Source of the DNA: Marsupella aquatica
Lineage: Eukaryota; Plantae; Marchantiophyta
Direction of reading: 5' to 3'
DNA: 64,000 nucleotides
Assembly (NCBI GenBank): GCA_973895155.1
Contig: OZ316897.1
Location: 21,427,455 to 21,491,454 of the forward strand
Shown: piece after piece, positions 35,356-48,915 of the stretch
How the letters are laid out: each line of letters begins with the position of its first letter
Numbering within the stretch: position 1 is the first letter of the stretch
Position numbers and translations under genes: made by a program
Notes under the pieces: model-generated
Told to the model about the DNA's origin: nothing
Databases searched by the model: none
The model's input: only the letters and a program-made list of their open reading frames with translations

Positions 35356-38300
35356 ACCTGCTAGTGCAATTTGATGAATGCTATACACTGACGAATGAGC
35401 TTCAGTCTTGAGCATTTGACATCGAAAGACAGATTCGCACATCGAGGAGTTCAGCGTTTTCTATATGGACTTTGTGCATGCAAACATCGAGGCACTACTG
35501 TGCAACCTCTAACGTGCATGTGGAAGCGTGCATCACTTATTATGAAACAGCCTCAAGTGTTAGGCACTCATCAGGGATCCAAGAATTCTCTTGTCTAAGG
35601 AGTAGTTCAGATTTATAGAAATCAGGCCGTTAGCCTGAGACACTTTCCATATCATTCTTCACTATTTGACACATGCTGCAGCATGCTTCCATTCATAGAA
35701 TAATTCTCCCTGTTTTGTAGGTAATAGTCGGAGTCCGCACATCATCGACATTGCTTGCTGTTTCGAGAACGTAATAAACACATGATTTGCCCTGATCATG
35801 TATTGGCCATAGTCAACAATGGTATGTGGATAAAGTGGTCTTTTTAGCGGAATCTTAAATTTTAGACTCACGTACCGATCACTTTGGATCCAACTTCTGA
35901 CTATTGAGGTATTGCAGTACAAATCATTGAGTGGTATCTATATATACAGGCAGCAAGAGTAGAAGACTCTTGCAATGTCAGAAAAATTTTCATACTGGCA
36001 GTGGATGTGCTTTGCATAAAGCTTCTGATGTTGCAATTTCTTTGGGGGTTAAGCTTCTTCCCAAGAATGTAACTGACTGGAGAAAACTTGGAAAGTCAAC
36101 CAAGCAGGCCGTGAAAATTAGTGTCATGCAAATTTTCGCAGGGGGGTTGAATGCTAAAGCAAGACCCTCAATCTCTTTTCGCTTGTATCTGGGATAGCCC
36201 AGAATAATGGCCTTGTGCTATGTACGCAGTGGCACGATGAAACACAAGACGTGCAGGCACCACAAATTCTTCAAAATGGAAATAAAAAAATTTAACTAGT
36301 AAATCAAAAACAGGCCTCTACAGGAGAGCTCGAGGTCAATTATCAAAAGCCAATTAATAGTGTCTTCATGGCGAGAGCATATAGGTCTTCTTTCTAACCA
36401 TGAATTTCAAAAGCGTTCATTCGTTAGCATGACATGTTCGTGAAGCAAGAGAAAACGTGTTCTTGACGTTAGCTGAACATGTTCTTCATTCGTTAGCAAG
36501 AGAAGCATGTTCGTGAGTGAGCTGGCCAAAATCTGGCTACCAGCACAAGAGCCAATTACCTCTATCCTACTTAAACACTGAATGCTGAATGCCTTGAGCC
36601 ATCTCAACTTGTGTGCCCACGAGAGCTGGGATCTGAGACAATATCCTGTCCCATTAAATAATAGACAGAAAATCTGCAGCAAGAGAAAACATGTTCTTGA
36701 CGTTAGAAAGTAGAAGTTTCTATAAGATCTCCCATCAATGGAACGATAGATCTCCCTGGATTGAAACAAATAACCACGTGGCGAGTTGGAGGAATGGGAA
36801 AAAGGAGACGAAACTAGCGTGTGAGTTAGATGAATGAGACATGCGAGAAAGTTTGAAAATCTGTAAAGCATCCCACCGGTGGGCCAAACCCCAATATTAT
36901 CATTTGTAATGACTTTATGTATATTCATGTCCAGTGATCTCCATTGGCCAAACTAGCATTGACGGCAATGTATACAATTAATGACTATCACCAGAACAAC
37001 AAATTAGAGGAAGTACACAGTCTTCTTATACAGTAGCGTGACCGATTCGCGCAATGGACTACCCGTGCTTGCATGTTTCATTTCGATGGCAGGAAGTCAC
37101 CAGCCCCTGCCCTGATGGGAAATTGACGATGATCTGCGACATTTGTCGACTGCTACAATTTTCTCCAAAAGTTTAATTGACTGTACCTCGGCCTAGCCGT
37201 GGATGCTCTTGGCATACCATTTAAATAATATAAAATCACCACAAATATGTACCGTAGGCAATGGAGTTGTCTTAGGAGATATGCGATCTCCTCTAGAGTG
37301 AGACAAAACATCATGTGGCAAAAACTTCTAAATATGTGTATTCAATGTAGAGTACAGTAGCGGAATGTATGGATTTCATACACAAATAACACCGGGTCTT
37401 CTCAGTGTGTGCTTTGTCCAGTTTGTGCTTTGTCCAGGTTGTGCTTTGTCCAGGTTGTGCTGCGGAGTACTCGATCTGTAGACCTCCTTAAGAATCTCAT
37501 TGTAAAAGTTGTTTCCACTGGCTCTGGGATGTAGCTTTTCTGTTGGATCAATATGATAATATGATAATTGGATTAAGCAATGAAATGGATCCTACACAAG
37601 GTCGCGACCTAACTGCTTAAATTAATGATGTTTTCTCTGTCCAAGATATCTTTTCGGTGCGGCGGGGAGAGTTGTCTTAGGAGATTCGTGATGTCCTCTG
37701 AAAAACTTCTAAATTTAGTTATTAAATGTAGAATTTTATATAACAGTGGAACTACATGCATACATCTGCTGGCGCTGCCTTTTTGTACAGTTTGTGCTTT
37801 GTCCTTGTTGTGCAGAGGCCTAGAACTTCAGACCTGTTCAATGATCTTCGGGGCCCCTTGTCTGGGACCTTACTTTTCTGTCGGCTCCGTATAATGATCA
37901 CATTGATAACGACATTCATGACCTACAGTAGTTTGAACGACCTATAAACTGGACCCAAAGTTCCGGAATTAATCTCTTTCCTTCTGTCTCAGAGAGTTTC
38001 TTATTTTGTTCTTGGGGGTGTTCTGGGTCACGTATACACTCGTTGCCGGCACCCGCCTCCCCTATATGAAGATCTATTCAGAAGGCATTGAAAATTAAAC
38101 GATTAGTGATTTAACCATAACTAATCATGGATGACATCTGTACACATCAGACAATCATGGCAAAGTCTCCGTTATCTGTATTCCCAATTGGACTCTGATG
38201 TTTTTTCTTCAACCAAACTGCATGTATCAAGCTTGGTCTCGTTGCATTTCCCTTCTGCACCTGTTTATGTTATCGGAATGTGTATTTCATACAAGTGCTG

Positions 38301-39469
38301 TCGTTTAGAACCTGCAATGCCCCAAAGTGCTATATGGTACCTTCTATTGGACATGCAGGAGCTTAAAAACCTGATTAATTATGCGATAAAGATTGCAAAC
38401 AGAGCTTGCTAGAATGCAAATTTCTGACTTCCACAGTCGAAGAAATCTAGACATCTGCAAACTCAAGTCTGTGATCTAGTGGAGAAACTTGAATGTCAAG
38501 TCTAGTGATCATGAATCTCAATACAAAAAAACTTAAAATGAGAATGGACAAAAATGATATTAACTCCAAATGAAAATAAAACTTAAATGGAGATGGAGAT
38601 GGACAAACAACAAGGATGGCACAACCATTAACCAAAATAGCATAGAAATATTATTGTGCAAGATTCTTTTTCTTCATATCTGTTTATGTTCAAGGAATGG
38701 GTATTCGGGCTAGTGATCTTGAATTCTTCTCAGAAAATACCTAAAAGATAGATTTTATTAGAAATGAAAATTGGATGAAATAAAGTTGGGCTTTTCACTT
38801 TAAAAAATCAGCTATGTAGATTAAAATTTTGTTTTCTTTTCTACATGTTAGCTAATAAAATTTTCTCCCTGTAAATTTTCTTACAAGATTTCTTTTTAAA
38901 ACTTGGAATCCTAATATGCTGGGTAGTTTGGATATGCCCTTGTACATAACATTTTTCCACATCAAAAAAGTTCATTATTCTGTGTGTTTTTAGAATACAT
39001 TTTTGAATCCATGAGTTGAGAGGTATAGTGAGTTCACTCAACTAAAATGAAGTACTACATTGTCAATTGAATGCATATAAGGACAATGTTATGCGAAAAC
39101 TAAAATTAACTTGCCCTATAAAAAGGAAACTAAAATTAACTTGCCCTATAAAAAGGAAAGTTGCACACCAAGAATAAGAAATCTTAATGTATTCATTCTC
39201 AATTTGCTTTTATCGCATGGGCTGCAATTAGACAGGGAAGAATATGCTAGTCAGGTTGCCTTCAACTGTTGCAATCACTTATGTGGATCCAACAGTAAGA
39301 TTCTTGAGCCTCACAAGGTAAGTGTGAATAGTTTACTTGATTACTATCACAAATGCCTTGCTAATTCCATCAAGAGAGGTCTGGCCACTGTCGAGGCCAC
39401 TGTTTGGATGCTTTACTTGGAACTGTGACCTTGTTTGGATGCTTTATTGTCTTGGAATATCCCCGGGAA

Positions 39470-39646
39470 TATCACATGCATGGGGTCACAACAATGCAAA
39501 TTTAAACTCACAAAAGCTGATCCATACATGCAAAATTTTTATCTAATTTATTTGGAAGCTCACAGAACAAGGTCCAATACAGCCGGTCCAAAAGTCTGAC
39601 CTAATTTCTGCAAGCTTATTTAGACATGGTCCTGTAAAGCTTATTC
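39470..39646. repeat. Dispersed ~180-bp repeat, copy 2
   Basis: Matches 12723-12902 in the same orientation. Confidence 0.9.
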
Positions 39647-40724
39647 TAATAATGTGAAATTGGACTGACAGAGATATTCTAAACTACTGCAAAATTGGAT
39701 GGATATATATTATAGACATGGTGGATACAAAAGAACCAATCAAAATAAAGTTGATCTTCCCAAGGCCTTTGGCTACAAATGGAAATAGAATGATCCTTGT
39801 GGCCATGCCAACCACAGCCTAAATGGGACCACTAGCTTAAGGGATAAAAGTGTAGGTTTCATTCTCCGGGCTCATTTTATCCTGATTTTACCTTTCGGGT
39901 CATTTTATCCTGATTTTACCCACGGGTTACCAAAAGGGTGAGGGCAGCGCCCTATTATACCCAAAACGCCACTTTTGGAATGTTTCAAAGCCCCGGTAGT
40001 ACACATTGTGCCTGTTTCAGTCTCCACTTCCTGCTGCAACGTTTTGTATCAGGCTCTACATTTTTGTGGGGTTCAGGCTTGACATTTTTGTGATTAGACT
40101 GTCTCGCCGCCATCGAAGCTTGACATTGGGCCCTTATAGACTGTTTGAGACTGCCAGCTGATTTCTCCAAAGGGTCACAGCCATAGCTTCTCCAAGAGGG
40201 CCTTTCCTTTCTGGGGTTCACATTCAGCCAGGGCCATTCGCTACCCAAATGTGTGATGAGAATCTTATCCACATTTAGCTCTAGACCGCACGGAACGAAT
40301 GCCATTGCAGCTTCCCCAGTAGAGGGCTGTCAAAAATCTGGATCACCATAGCTCCAGAAATCCAGCAGACGGCGACCACGAAGCTTCTCCCACAGCAAGG
40401 TGCCCTAGCTTCTCGGGCTGGCATGCATTCGTTCATGCTGCACACATTGCCCTTGTGTTTACATGATTAACCGAAACAATGTGAAGCAAAGTATCTCAAT
40501 TTCCACTGAAGTATATCCTTCCCGAGAGTGGATCAAACTCAGATTTGTCATAGATCAAAGAATAACATCTTGTGCAGCGTCCACCTTGCTCCAAGCACTC
40601 ATAGAGTCATACTCTCGGCGACTTGGACTCGTGTGACAATCGCATGTGTGGAACTTGTGTTTGCACTGTTATAAAGACTTTTAACACAGTTTAAGTATAA
40701 AATCAACCACACACTAATCATATC

Positions 40725-40800
40725 ACTAGGTTATTCCCAGTGGTTCAGAGTCCTGCCTTGCAATCAGGAGTGTGTTCAAATCTTGGTGGAGCACTAGCTT
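40725..40800 (+). other. Degenerate tRNA-like segment (possible SINE head)
   Basis: A-box-like TCCCAGTGG, anticodon-arm-like CCTGCCTTGCAATCAGG, B-box GTTCAAATC; no good acceptor stem. Confidence 0.3.
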
Positions 40801-41361
40801 CTGGATTTTTCCACTCAGAAAAGAAATAAATAAGCCCTTTGAGGGCCAGAATTCGTGGCAGGAACCCGGGTTCCCGCCAACATGTTCATATAGTCTACTA
40901 CCTCCTTTTGGATTTATGCACGTTTCGAGTGTAAATTTGACCTACTAGTTGACCAATTCAATTATTTTATGCTAGCTGCAGAACCCACCTAGCTTGGAAG
41001 CACCCTCCACCCGTTGGTACCCAACCTCCTTTCAGCCAATTCAAGGGATATGCCGTCATGTCGCGAACGTTGCCGTTAATGAATTATACAGACAATGAAG
41101 ACACTGCTCGACCACTTGAAGTAGAATGGAAGCGTGACTTGTAACCAAGCCAAGTGCCTCACGCTGCTTCGGCCGCACAGAACCCTTGAGACAAGCCCCG
41201 ACCGGGTCATGCCCTGGAACAAGGAGCCATAGATCCGTGATTTCCTTCTCTTTCCTTCGTTCCGTCATCCTCTCGTGCTGACTTCGTCCAACGCACTTCT
41301 ATCCCAAATCCGGCTTCTCCTTTTCTCTGAGTGACTATACTCCATGCATCATCTGTGCCTT

Positions 41362-41377
41362 GGGACTTATAAATACT
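41362..41377 (+). promoter_or_regulatory. TATA box of the intact germin-like gene
   Basis: TATAAATA ~190 bp upstream of the ATG, conserved in the paralog at 30302. Confidence 0.7.
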
Positions 41378-41558
41378 GCTGCCCGCATTCAGAATTAAAT
41401 TCATCCTACACCGGCTATTCGAGTTGCCACCTCTACCTTTGAGGTAGCTACTGAAACTGCAGACCACGTGCAATTGCTTGAATCGTGAATCCTGCACTCA
41501 TTGAAGCGAGCAGAAAACTCCTCGACGTCCAGGCGCGGATCCAGTCACTTGAGAGATT

Positions 41559-42612
41559 ATGACGAAAATGATGCTGATTATGGGATTGCTGGTTGTGACA
41601 CTGGTGGTTCACAACGCCCTTGCGAGTGATCCCGAGCTGATCACCGACTTCAATGTCACCAACCCGACCGTGGATAACTTCACCTTCAGGGGGTTCGAAA
41701 ACCCGGCGCCGCTAGGCAGTGGTATGGCGATGCCCACTGGAGCTAGCATTCCAGGACTCAGCGGGCTGGGCCTAGCGGCTGTGCTGTTCGAGTTCGGCGC
41801 AACGTCACAGATTGATCCCCATACTCATCCCCGCGGAACTGAAGTGTTCTTCGTGCTTTCAGGTGATTTTGAAATCGCTATGACACTGCGCGTACTCACA
41901 TACAGCCATGTGCATCATATCAATATTATCCGCATCAATTGCTTTTCGTTCTCCAAAACTTTTCAGTTCATTTCCGCATCATTTTAGTTGATTGATTTGC
42001 TGCAATCAAGTTTTGCTTTTCGACTGAGCTGATAAAACTTAAGGACCCTAATACGGTAGGCTCGTCAGTAGTCGAGTGAAAGAGTGTTTTATTCTCTGTA
42101 GCCAGTTTCAATCGTTCATCACTTTATATATAATGTGATGAAATTATGGTAGCGTCGTGCCAGAGACATTTTTCTTAGGTTGCCTGATTATTATTGAACA
42201 CGTACAGAAACCGGATTTTGCACATGATTAAGGTAAAAGAAGACTCACTGAAATTTGCTCGTGATTGTTGTCATCATTTTCTATGGATTTAGGGCAACTT
42301 GACGTGGGATTTGTTGACACCGCCAACAGTCTGTTCGAGACAACCGTGAACGCGGGCGATGTCTTTGTGTTTCCAAAGGGTACTTTGCACTGGCAGCGCA
42401 ATAATGGTGAGGGTACTGCTTCAGGCTTCTCTGTGCTCTCCAGTGAGAACCCCGGAACCCTCCTGGTTGTCGAAGCTCTCTTCACAGGCGGTCTCAAAGG
42501 TCTTCCAGATATTGTTCTCAGCACTGCCTTCGGAATCGGTGCCACCAACACGCAAATCGACGACGTGAAGAAAACTGTTGCCGCGCGGAACAATATCACC
42601 TTGACTTGGTAG
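41559..42612 (+). CDS. Germin-like protein (cupin), 207 aa, two exons (41559-41862, 42293-42612)
   Basis: Hydrophobic signal peptide; box B DPHTHPRGTE and box C GDVFVFPKGTLHWQRN (His/His/Glu/His metal ligands present); a GT-AG phase-1 intron joins the exons in frame (VLS-G-QLDVGF). Confidence 0.95.
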
Positions 42613-44759
42613 AGCAATCTGCTGATGATTGACGAATGAGCTACTATCTTGAGCATTTGAAATGATCCAAAGACGGATTCCTAGAGTAATGAAATTGAAT
42701 GTTTTTCAGATCATGAACTTTGTGCATGCAAACCTGGTAGCAATACATCCGAGGGAAAGGTCCTTGTTATACTCGCGTAGAAGTCGGAAGCCCGCACCTG
42801 ATTGACATTGTTTGTTGTTTCGAGAGCTTAATAAATATATGATTTGGTTTCATCCTATGTGGTACACAGTGAATAAAAGTATATGCCTAAATGAATCATT
42901 GCAGCGGACGTTACGTTTACTCGCCAATTTGGGTATGGATGCATCTTTCCATGGTTGGCACAGCAACCTCTTTAGATCTGACAGTTGAATTTACGTAAAA
43001 GAATTGAGCGATATTTGTATGTGGAGCAAGAGTAGGAGACTCTCTTGTCAATGTCAGAAACTTTGATACTCAGGGTGGAGTTTTGTTCCACATAAACTTA
43101 TGAGGAACCTTGTGTGCATTTTTCTGGTTCTTTCGTACTGCTGGTCTTTCTCTGGGTCTCCTGTCTTGTCTCCCGGCGCGATTGTTTGGCAATTACTCTA
43201 TATATAATACTCGATATAATATCTTTCGGGATGTTGTGAACAAACTTGGAAAGCCAACCGAGGAGGTCTTGAAATAGAAGTTCTATGCTAATTTTCACAC
43301 GGAGACTGGGATTTTTGGCTGCTTGACAGTGGACGGTCATTCATTGGCGACATGACTTGTACACTCATTTATGTGGCGTCATGACTTGTGCACTTTCATC
43401 ATCGGTAGTACCTGAAAATGTTGTATCGTTAACTAGGATTTGCTGCACCCTCTCGAGGACTGCAATGAGGTACCATCGAAAAGCCGCGTTGTGGCACTTG
43501 CAAAAGCAACCAAGTTAAGTCTCGCCTGAAGCTAGAACTGATAGAAATTAGTTTCTATAATGGATCGCGCGATCAGTCTATGTTTGCAGATTCTTGGAAC
43601 AAACAATATGATTTTTTTTCACTGGGATGGTACTTAGGTCTGTCCAATTACATACAGCCGACAGAAAGTCTTTCTAATCGCATCTGTGGAACTCAGTCCG
43701 TTGGCAACCGTGTGCCCAGTTCATGCGACTGCCAACAGCCACCCAAGATCGAAAGCTTTTTGAACCGACAGCCGGCAGCAGCCAAAATTAAACATGTGTG
43801 ACAAAAGCACATCCAGAGCATATCCTCATGCCGCCCTGCTCCTCGTTTCTAGGGAGGTATTCTTTCATTCTAAATTACAGCGGACCCGTTACAGACGTAA
43901 ACTTTATTAGTGCAGGCCAGTAGATCAGTCGTTCTGCGAATTGGCTAATTGCCCGTAGACCGAGTGGTCCACAGAAGGTAGCCTAATTTGCAGGTCGGTT
44001 AGTATTTCTATTTGGGCTCTCACGTGGGTCCTTCGCCAGTTGCCCACCTACAGTAACAAGTACCGGCCCGTGTTACGTGTTTTTTGCTTTTCCATTGAGC
44101 TCTGAGCTTCTCGTCTCAATGCAGATCAAGACATCGAGGATGCTGTATATACCACTGTTGAGAATTACCGGAGATATCCCAAGGCCTCTTCAAGAGAGAA
44201 CTGTGGACCTCCTTCGGCGTGTAGTGGGATCATCTTCCCTTCTCACTTATCGTGTGGAGTGGCGATTCTGACGTTCTGACTCGCGAAGTGAACGTTTTGT
44301 TGCTGCACTTGATTCGAATATATGTTCGACACTATTTTCTGACGGCGTGCATGGCTCGATTTGGTATGGATTGGCCGCCGGCATCGCTGTACGTGGATGA
44401 GGAGAAAGCAGCATGAGGTGCCCCCTAACAAGAGAGCAGCTGTCGACTCGTTAAATGCGCAGAGCTTGAACACGAGACAGGAAAACACTCAAAGCCATCG
44501 AACACGATTTTGAAAACTTCTTAGAGTGCAGATTTCATTATGCCTCAAGAGAGGGCGAGAGCCAGAGTACATAGTGGCGCGGGGATGGACCTCAGTCCTT
44601 ATCACACCGTTGTCCCGCGGAAGCCATGTGGCACAGAAAACGACGAGAACAAAGTGGCTTACAGTAAGCCTGATACTACTGTATGTAAATGTAGACTAAC
44701 CGACACCTGGAACGGATAGACGATTTGACGAGCACCGAAAACAGAAAGGTAAACTTTCA

Positions 44760-46330
44760 CACACCCCCCGGCTCGCTCAAATCAGAGAAAGGCCGTGTGC
44801 GTTTGGTTCCTCCTGACGAAATGAAATTCAGCGATGGACGTGGACACCCCCCGGATGGGACACGGACTTCAAGCGGAAGAGACTAGAGCCCAAGAAGCTT
44901 AACAAAACGCAAGAAAGAAGCACCAGCCAAAGGTTTGGTGAGGCCGTCAGCAGGCATCTCGCCTGTAGGAACTCAAGGTAGGACAGTGAAACAATGCCCT
45001 TCTTGACTTGCTCCCTCACGTAGTGCCACTGAACTTCGATGTGCTTAGTGCGGCTGTGGTGTTCAGGATTAATCGTAAGTGCTAGCTGCGGTTTGTTATC
45101 GCCGTAGATGATGACTTTCTGAATATCAGGAGAAGAGTGCCCCAGCTGTAATAGCAGATTTCGAAGCCATACTGCTTCTTTAGCAGCGATTAAGTATGCA
45201 ATATACTCAGCCTCGGTAGAACTTGTAGCCAGGACCGGCTGTTTACGAGATTTCCAGCTCACAGCCCCATTCGCGAGTTTGAAAAGATATCCCGATGTTG
45301 AGCGTCGATTCATAGAATTGTCAGCAAAAGATGCATCATTGTATCCTTGAAAATTCAACGAGTGGACCTCAATCCCAAAAGTGGCAGAGCTAGAAAAGGT
45401 AATTCCCAGATCGAGAGTGCCTTTTAGGTACGCAAGAACATGACGAATGCTGCTTTGATGCTCTGCACCGGGATTATGTGCGAATTGTCCCAATCTGGAA
45501 CAACGTTCAGCAATATCGGGCCGGGTCCAGACAGAGAGGTACATGAGTGAACCTACGAAAGCTTGATATAATTGACGTTGGTCAGCTGTTTCTTGGCTTG
45601 AAGCAGACGATCAGCACCGGTTGATGGAGCTTGTAAAGCAACACAATCTTCCATGTGAAAACGACTGAGAATTTTTTCGGAGTAGGTGCGCTGAGAAAGG
45701 TAGAGCATGCTGATCCCGAATAATAAGTAGACCAAGATATTCAGCGATCCCCCATCTTGCGTAGCTCATACTTAGCTGTGAGTATGGCTTCATGGCGGTC
45801 AATGGCCTGCATCTCTTTTGCAATGGTGATTATATCAGCCACCCACAAGACGAGTAAATCCTTGTTTCGTCATATTCCTCATACCCTGGCGGAGGATGCA
45901 CACAAATTGGTATCTGGCCTGCCATTAGTGCATACAAGAAAGTTGTAACCACATCAAACGATTTAGCGTGTAGATTGTGAAGGGTCAGCAATGCCATGAT
46001 GGTTCGAAATGTTTCCTGAAAATCTTCACCAGGATGCTGCTTGTCGCCCCTGGCAATGAATCTGGCCTTGTATAGACCCGAGGTTCGTTTATGTGAGTAT
46101 ACCCAACGAGAGGGTAACAAATGAGCTCCAGTAGGTAAAGGAAAAAGCCGAGCGATTGGAGCTTTTTAAGCTGTGTGAGCTCAGTTTGTTTGGCTGCCTT
46201 CCATTGATCCGCATCGGGTTGATTCATCACTTCTTTATGCGTGGAAGGTACCTGGTGAGTTCCTCCATTTTTGTAACACCGGAGCAATATCCTTCCTCGC
46301 TATCAGCCTGTAGAGCGCAGCTCTAACAGA
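44760..46330 (-). mobile_element. Truncated Ty1/copia RT-RNase H fragment
   Basis: YKARFIARG, FDVVTTFLY, TRPDIA, GYNDASFAD, RRSTSGY, SSTEAEY, IYGDNK, RTKHIEV; frameshifted; PPT-like GGGGGG-TG at ~44769; homology stops at ~46330. Confidence 0.92.
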
Positions 46331-46702
46331 GGTCAACATCCTGTTGAACAAAACAATATTAAGCAACGAGTATTTCATTGCAATTATTGAGCTTCAAAAT
46401 TCCCTGTGAAGGGCAAGCACAGGAAAAGTTTTTGCTTTTGCCTGAGGTGCAGTAGTAGGCTTTTTACACCGTTATTAGCATCTAAAGTGCAAAAGGTCCA
46501 CTGTGGACCAATGCACTCAAATTGAGTGCAAAATCAAGCTTCGGTGCAAAACAGAAACACACAGGTGTAAAACTATTCGGTGGAAAAGTTGTCCAGATAA
46601 ATATTACACCCTGATATCGTAAGTGGAAAAGATAATGCTGCTTGACTTAATTAAGTGCAAAGCAAGAATTTCACTCGAACTCAGCCTTATGGAGATGGAA
46701 TC

Positions 46703-47115
46703 CTTACCATAGATTGATCACAGATCTGCGGTTGAGGCTTACCATAGATTGATCACAGATCTGCGGTTGAGGCTGCTTCTTAGTATAAGGGCTAGACTGA
46801 TCGATAGATCGAATCCCTGCCATACAAATGTTCGTGGATGCCAGATCGAAGACCGAACAGATTGATCGATAGATCTAATCCTGCCATACAAATGTTCGTG
46901 GATGCAGGAAGACCGAACAGATCTAAGGACAGAAATATTACTCACGCTCAACAGAAATCGATAGATCGAATCCCTGCCATACAAATGTTCGTGGATGCCA
47001 GATCGAAGACCGAACAGGTCGATCGATAGATCTAATCCTGCCATACAAATGTTCGTGGATGCAGGAAGACCGAACAGATCTAAGAACAGAAATATTACTC
47101 ACGCTCAACAGAAAT
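46703..47115. repeat. Tandem repeats: 35 bp x2, then 157 bp x2 built from ~64-bp subunits
   Basis: CTTACCATAGATTGATCACAGATCTGCGGTTGAGG x2; CCTGCCATACAAATGTTCGTGGATGC x4. Confidence 0.95.
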
Positions 47116-48915
47116 ATTGCTCTGATCGTCTAACACCACGTACCACATTCATTGGAAGATAAGTGCTACTTCTTTTGCTGACATCTGCGATGGCCAGAAG
47201 CTACTCGGCAGGAGGTCTTTCATTAACGACATCCCGCCCGTTAGTTGTACCTCTGCTTCCTCAGGTTCTCTTCGGCTAATCCATTCAAGAAAAAGAAGGC
47301 ACAACATTGTAAAGTGAACCCAAGACATGGGAATAAAGTCGACACCTCTGAGCTATGAGACTATATACAAAGTAAATAGTTTAAGGTATGCTTGATTGAT
47401 TGAAGAGAGTTACTGCTTAACTGAGATTGTGTCAATAAAGAAAATGACCAAATTTAAGAAAAACAGAAAGTCTTTCGAATAATTGCTGTTGGTACTTTAA
47501 GTTGTTGTTTCGTGAAGATGAAAACAGCCCGTACCTAATGCTGATGCCAAATGGTGTGATCGAGGCAAAGCGGGAGGGAAAGTAAAAATTTGCCCTGTAC
47601 CTTGCCAGTAGATAGCCTCTAAGAGCCAATAAGAAACCAATGACCACCACAGCCCTTCCAATACAAATCTGCTCATGACCACTACAAGTTGAAGCTGTTA
47701 ATGTACATAGGGGCAATTTAACTCACTTAATTTGAGATTTTATAAGCTTAAGCTGTTAGTGCTTAGGCATTTAATTCAGTTTGAGGGTACAACTATATTA
47801 AATCATCCATACACATCCAACAAACCGTGAGTACAGGAAGTACTAGCCTTGATTTGTAAAATGCCTTGTAGTCCTCCTAAATTCTCTACAAATTATAGCT
47901 AACTAGCTAGCCACAGATCGAGTATTGTGTCCATATGACAGACACTCACAAAAAAAAAAATTCTTCTAACCTTCAGTTGGCAAAATTTTAATTTGAACCT
48001 TTTCACAGTATGCCTGTTATTAATACATGAACCACGACAACTGCAGCAACTGCAGCTATAGAAACCGGGGCGGCTTCATGACTGAGTCACCTGGCACAAA
48101 ACAGCAGAACACATAAAGTAAGAAGAAAATAAGATTGTAACCTAGGTCTACAAGCAACATAGAGTTCTTGATAGAGTAAGTACCTGCCTGGGTATTGGTC
48201 ATTTGATCTTCCTCCATAGAAGAACAATTGAAATCCTGTATAGGGGTTACCATGTACAGACAACAAATAACAGACCAGATGGATATACATAGCATATTCA
48301 CAAGGCAATTCCAGAATACTAGCTTGCTAGCTGGTCCTAGACTACTTTAAAATCTGAAATTCATAAGAGTAGGAGTGATTTCATATATTCTCCAAAGTCA
48401 CAGCTTCTGTACATTCTTAAGCAGGCAATGAGTTGTCTAGTTTGATATCACAATGGAGGACCCCATAATCTGTAGCCTCGATCATGCTTTGACAAATGAA
48501 CAGCAGTTTGGCAGAAGCTTGGACAACAGTAAATATAATGCCAATATTCTACTCAAACAATGAAACAGTTTTGTGTCCAAGGATTAGAACATATATGTGA
48601 CAAACTGGAGAGAATATGTACACAATGTCTCTTGTGTCCAATGTCTGCACATTCATCCTTTAATTAATAGCAACAGTAGACACTATGTGCCTGGAAAAAA
48701 CATGTAGGGCAGGATAGTGCCAAGTCTATATATATAGATAGCCATACGAATTGAGACTACCTAAAACCTGATTGAAACGAAGCTCAAGGACAGCCAAAAA
48801 AGAGCTATTATATCTCTATATTCTCTGGATAGATAGCAAGTACATACTATCTAACAAAAAGAGAGCTATCTCCTTATTTACTTATCCTGGATGTGCTGAG
48901 CTAATATATCCTGAT

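Noticed and set aside
40725-40800. Functional tRNA-Ala(UGC) gene
   Set aside because: Acceptor and T stems do not pair; kept only as a low-confidence tRNA-derived remnant.
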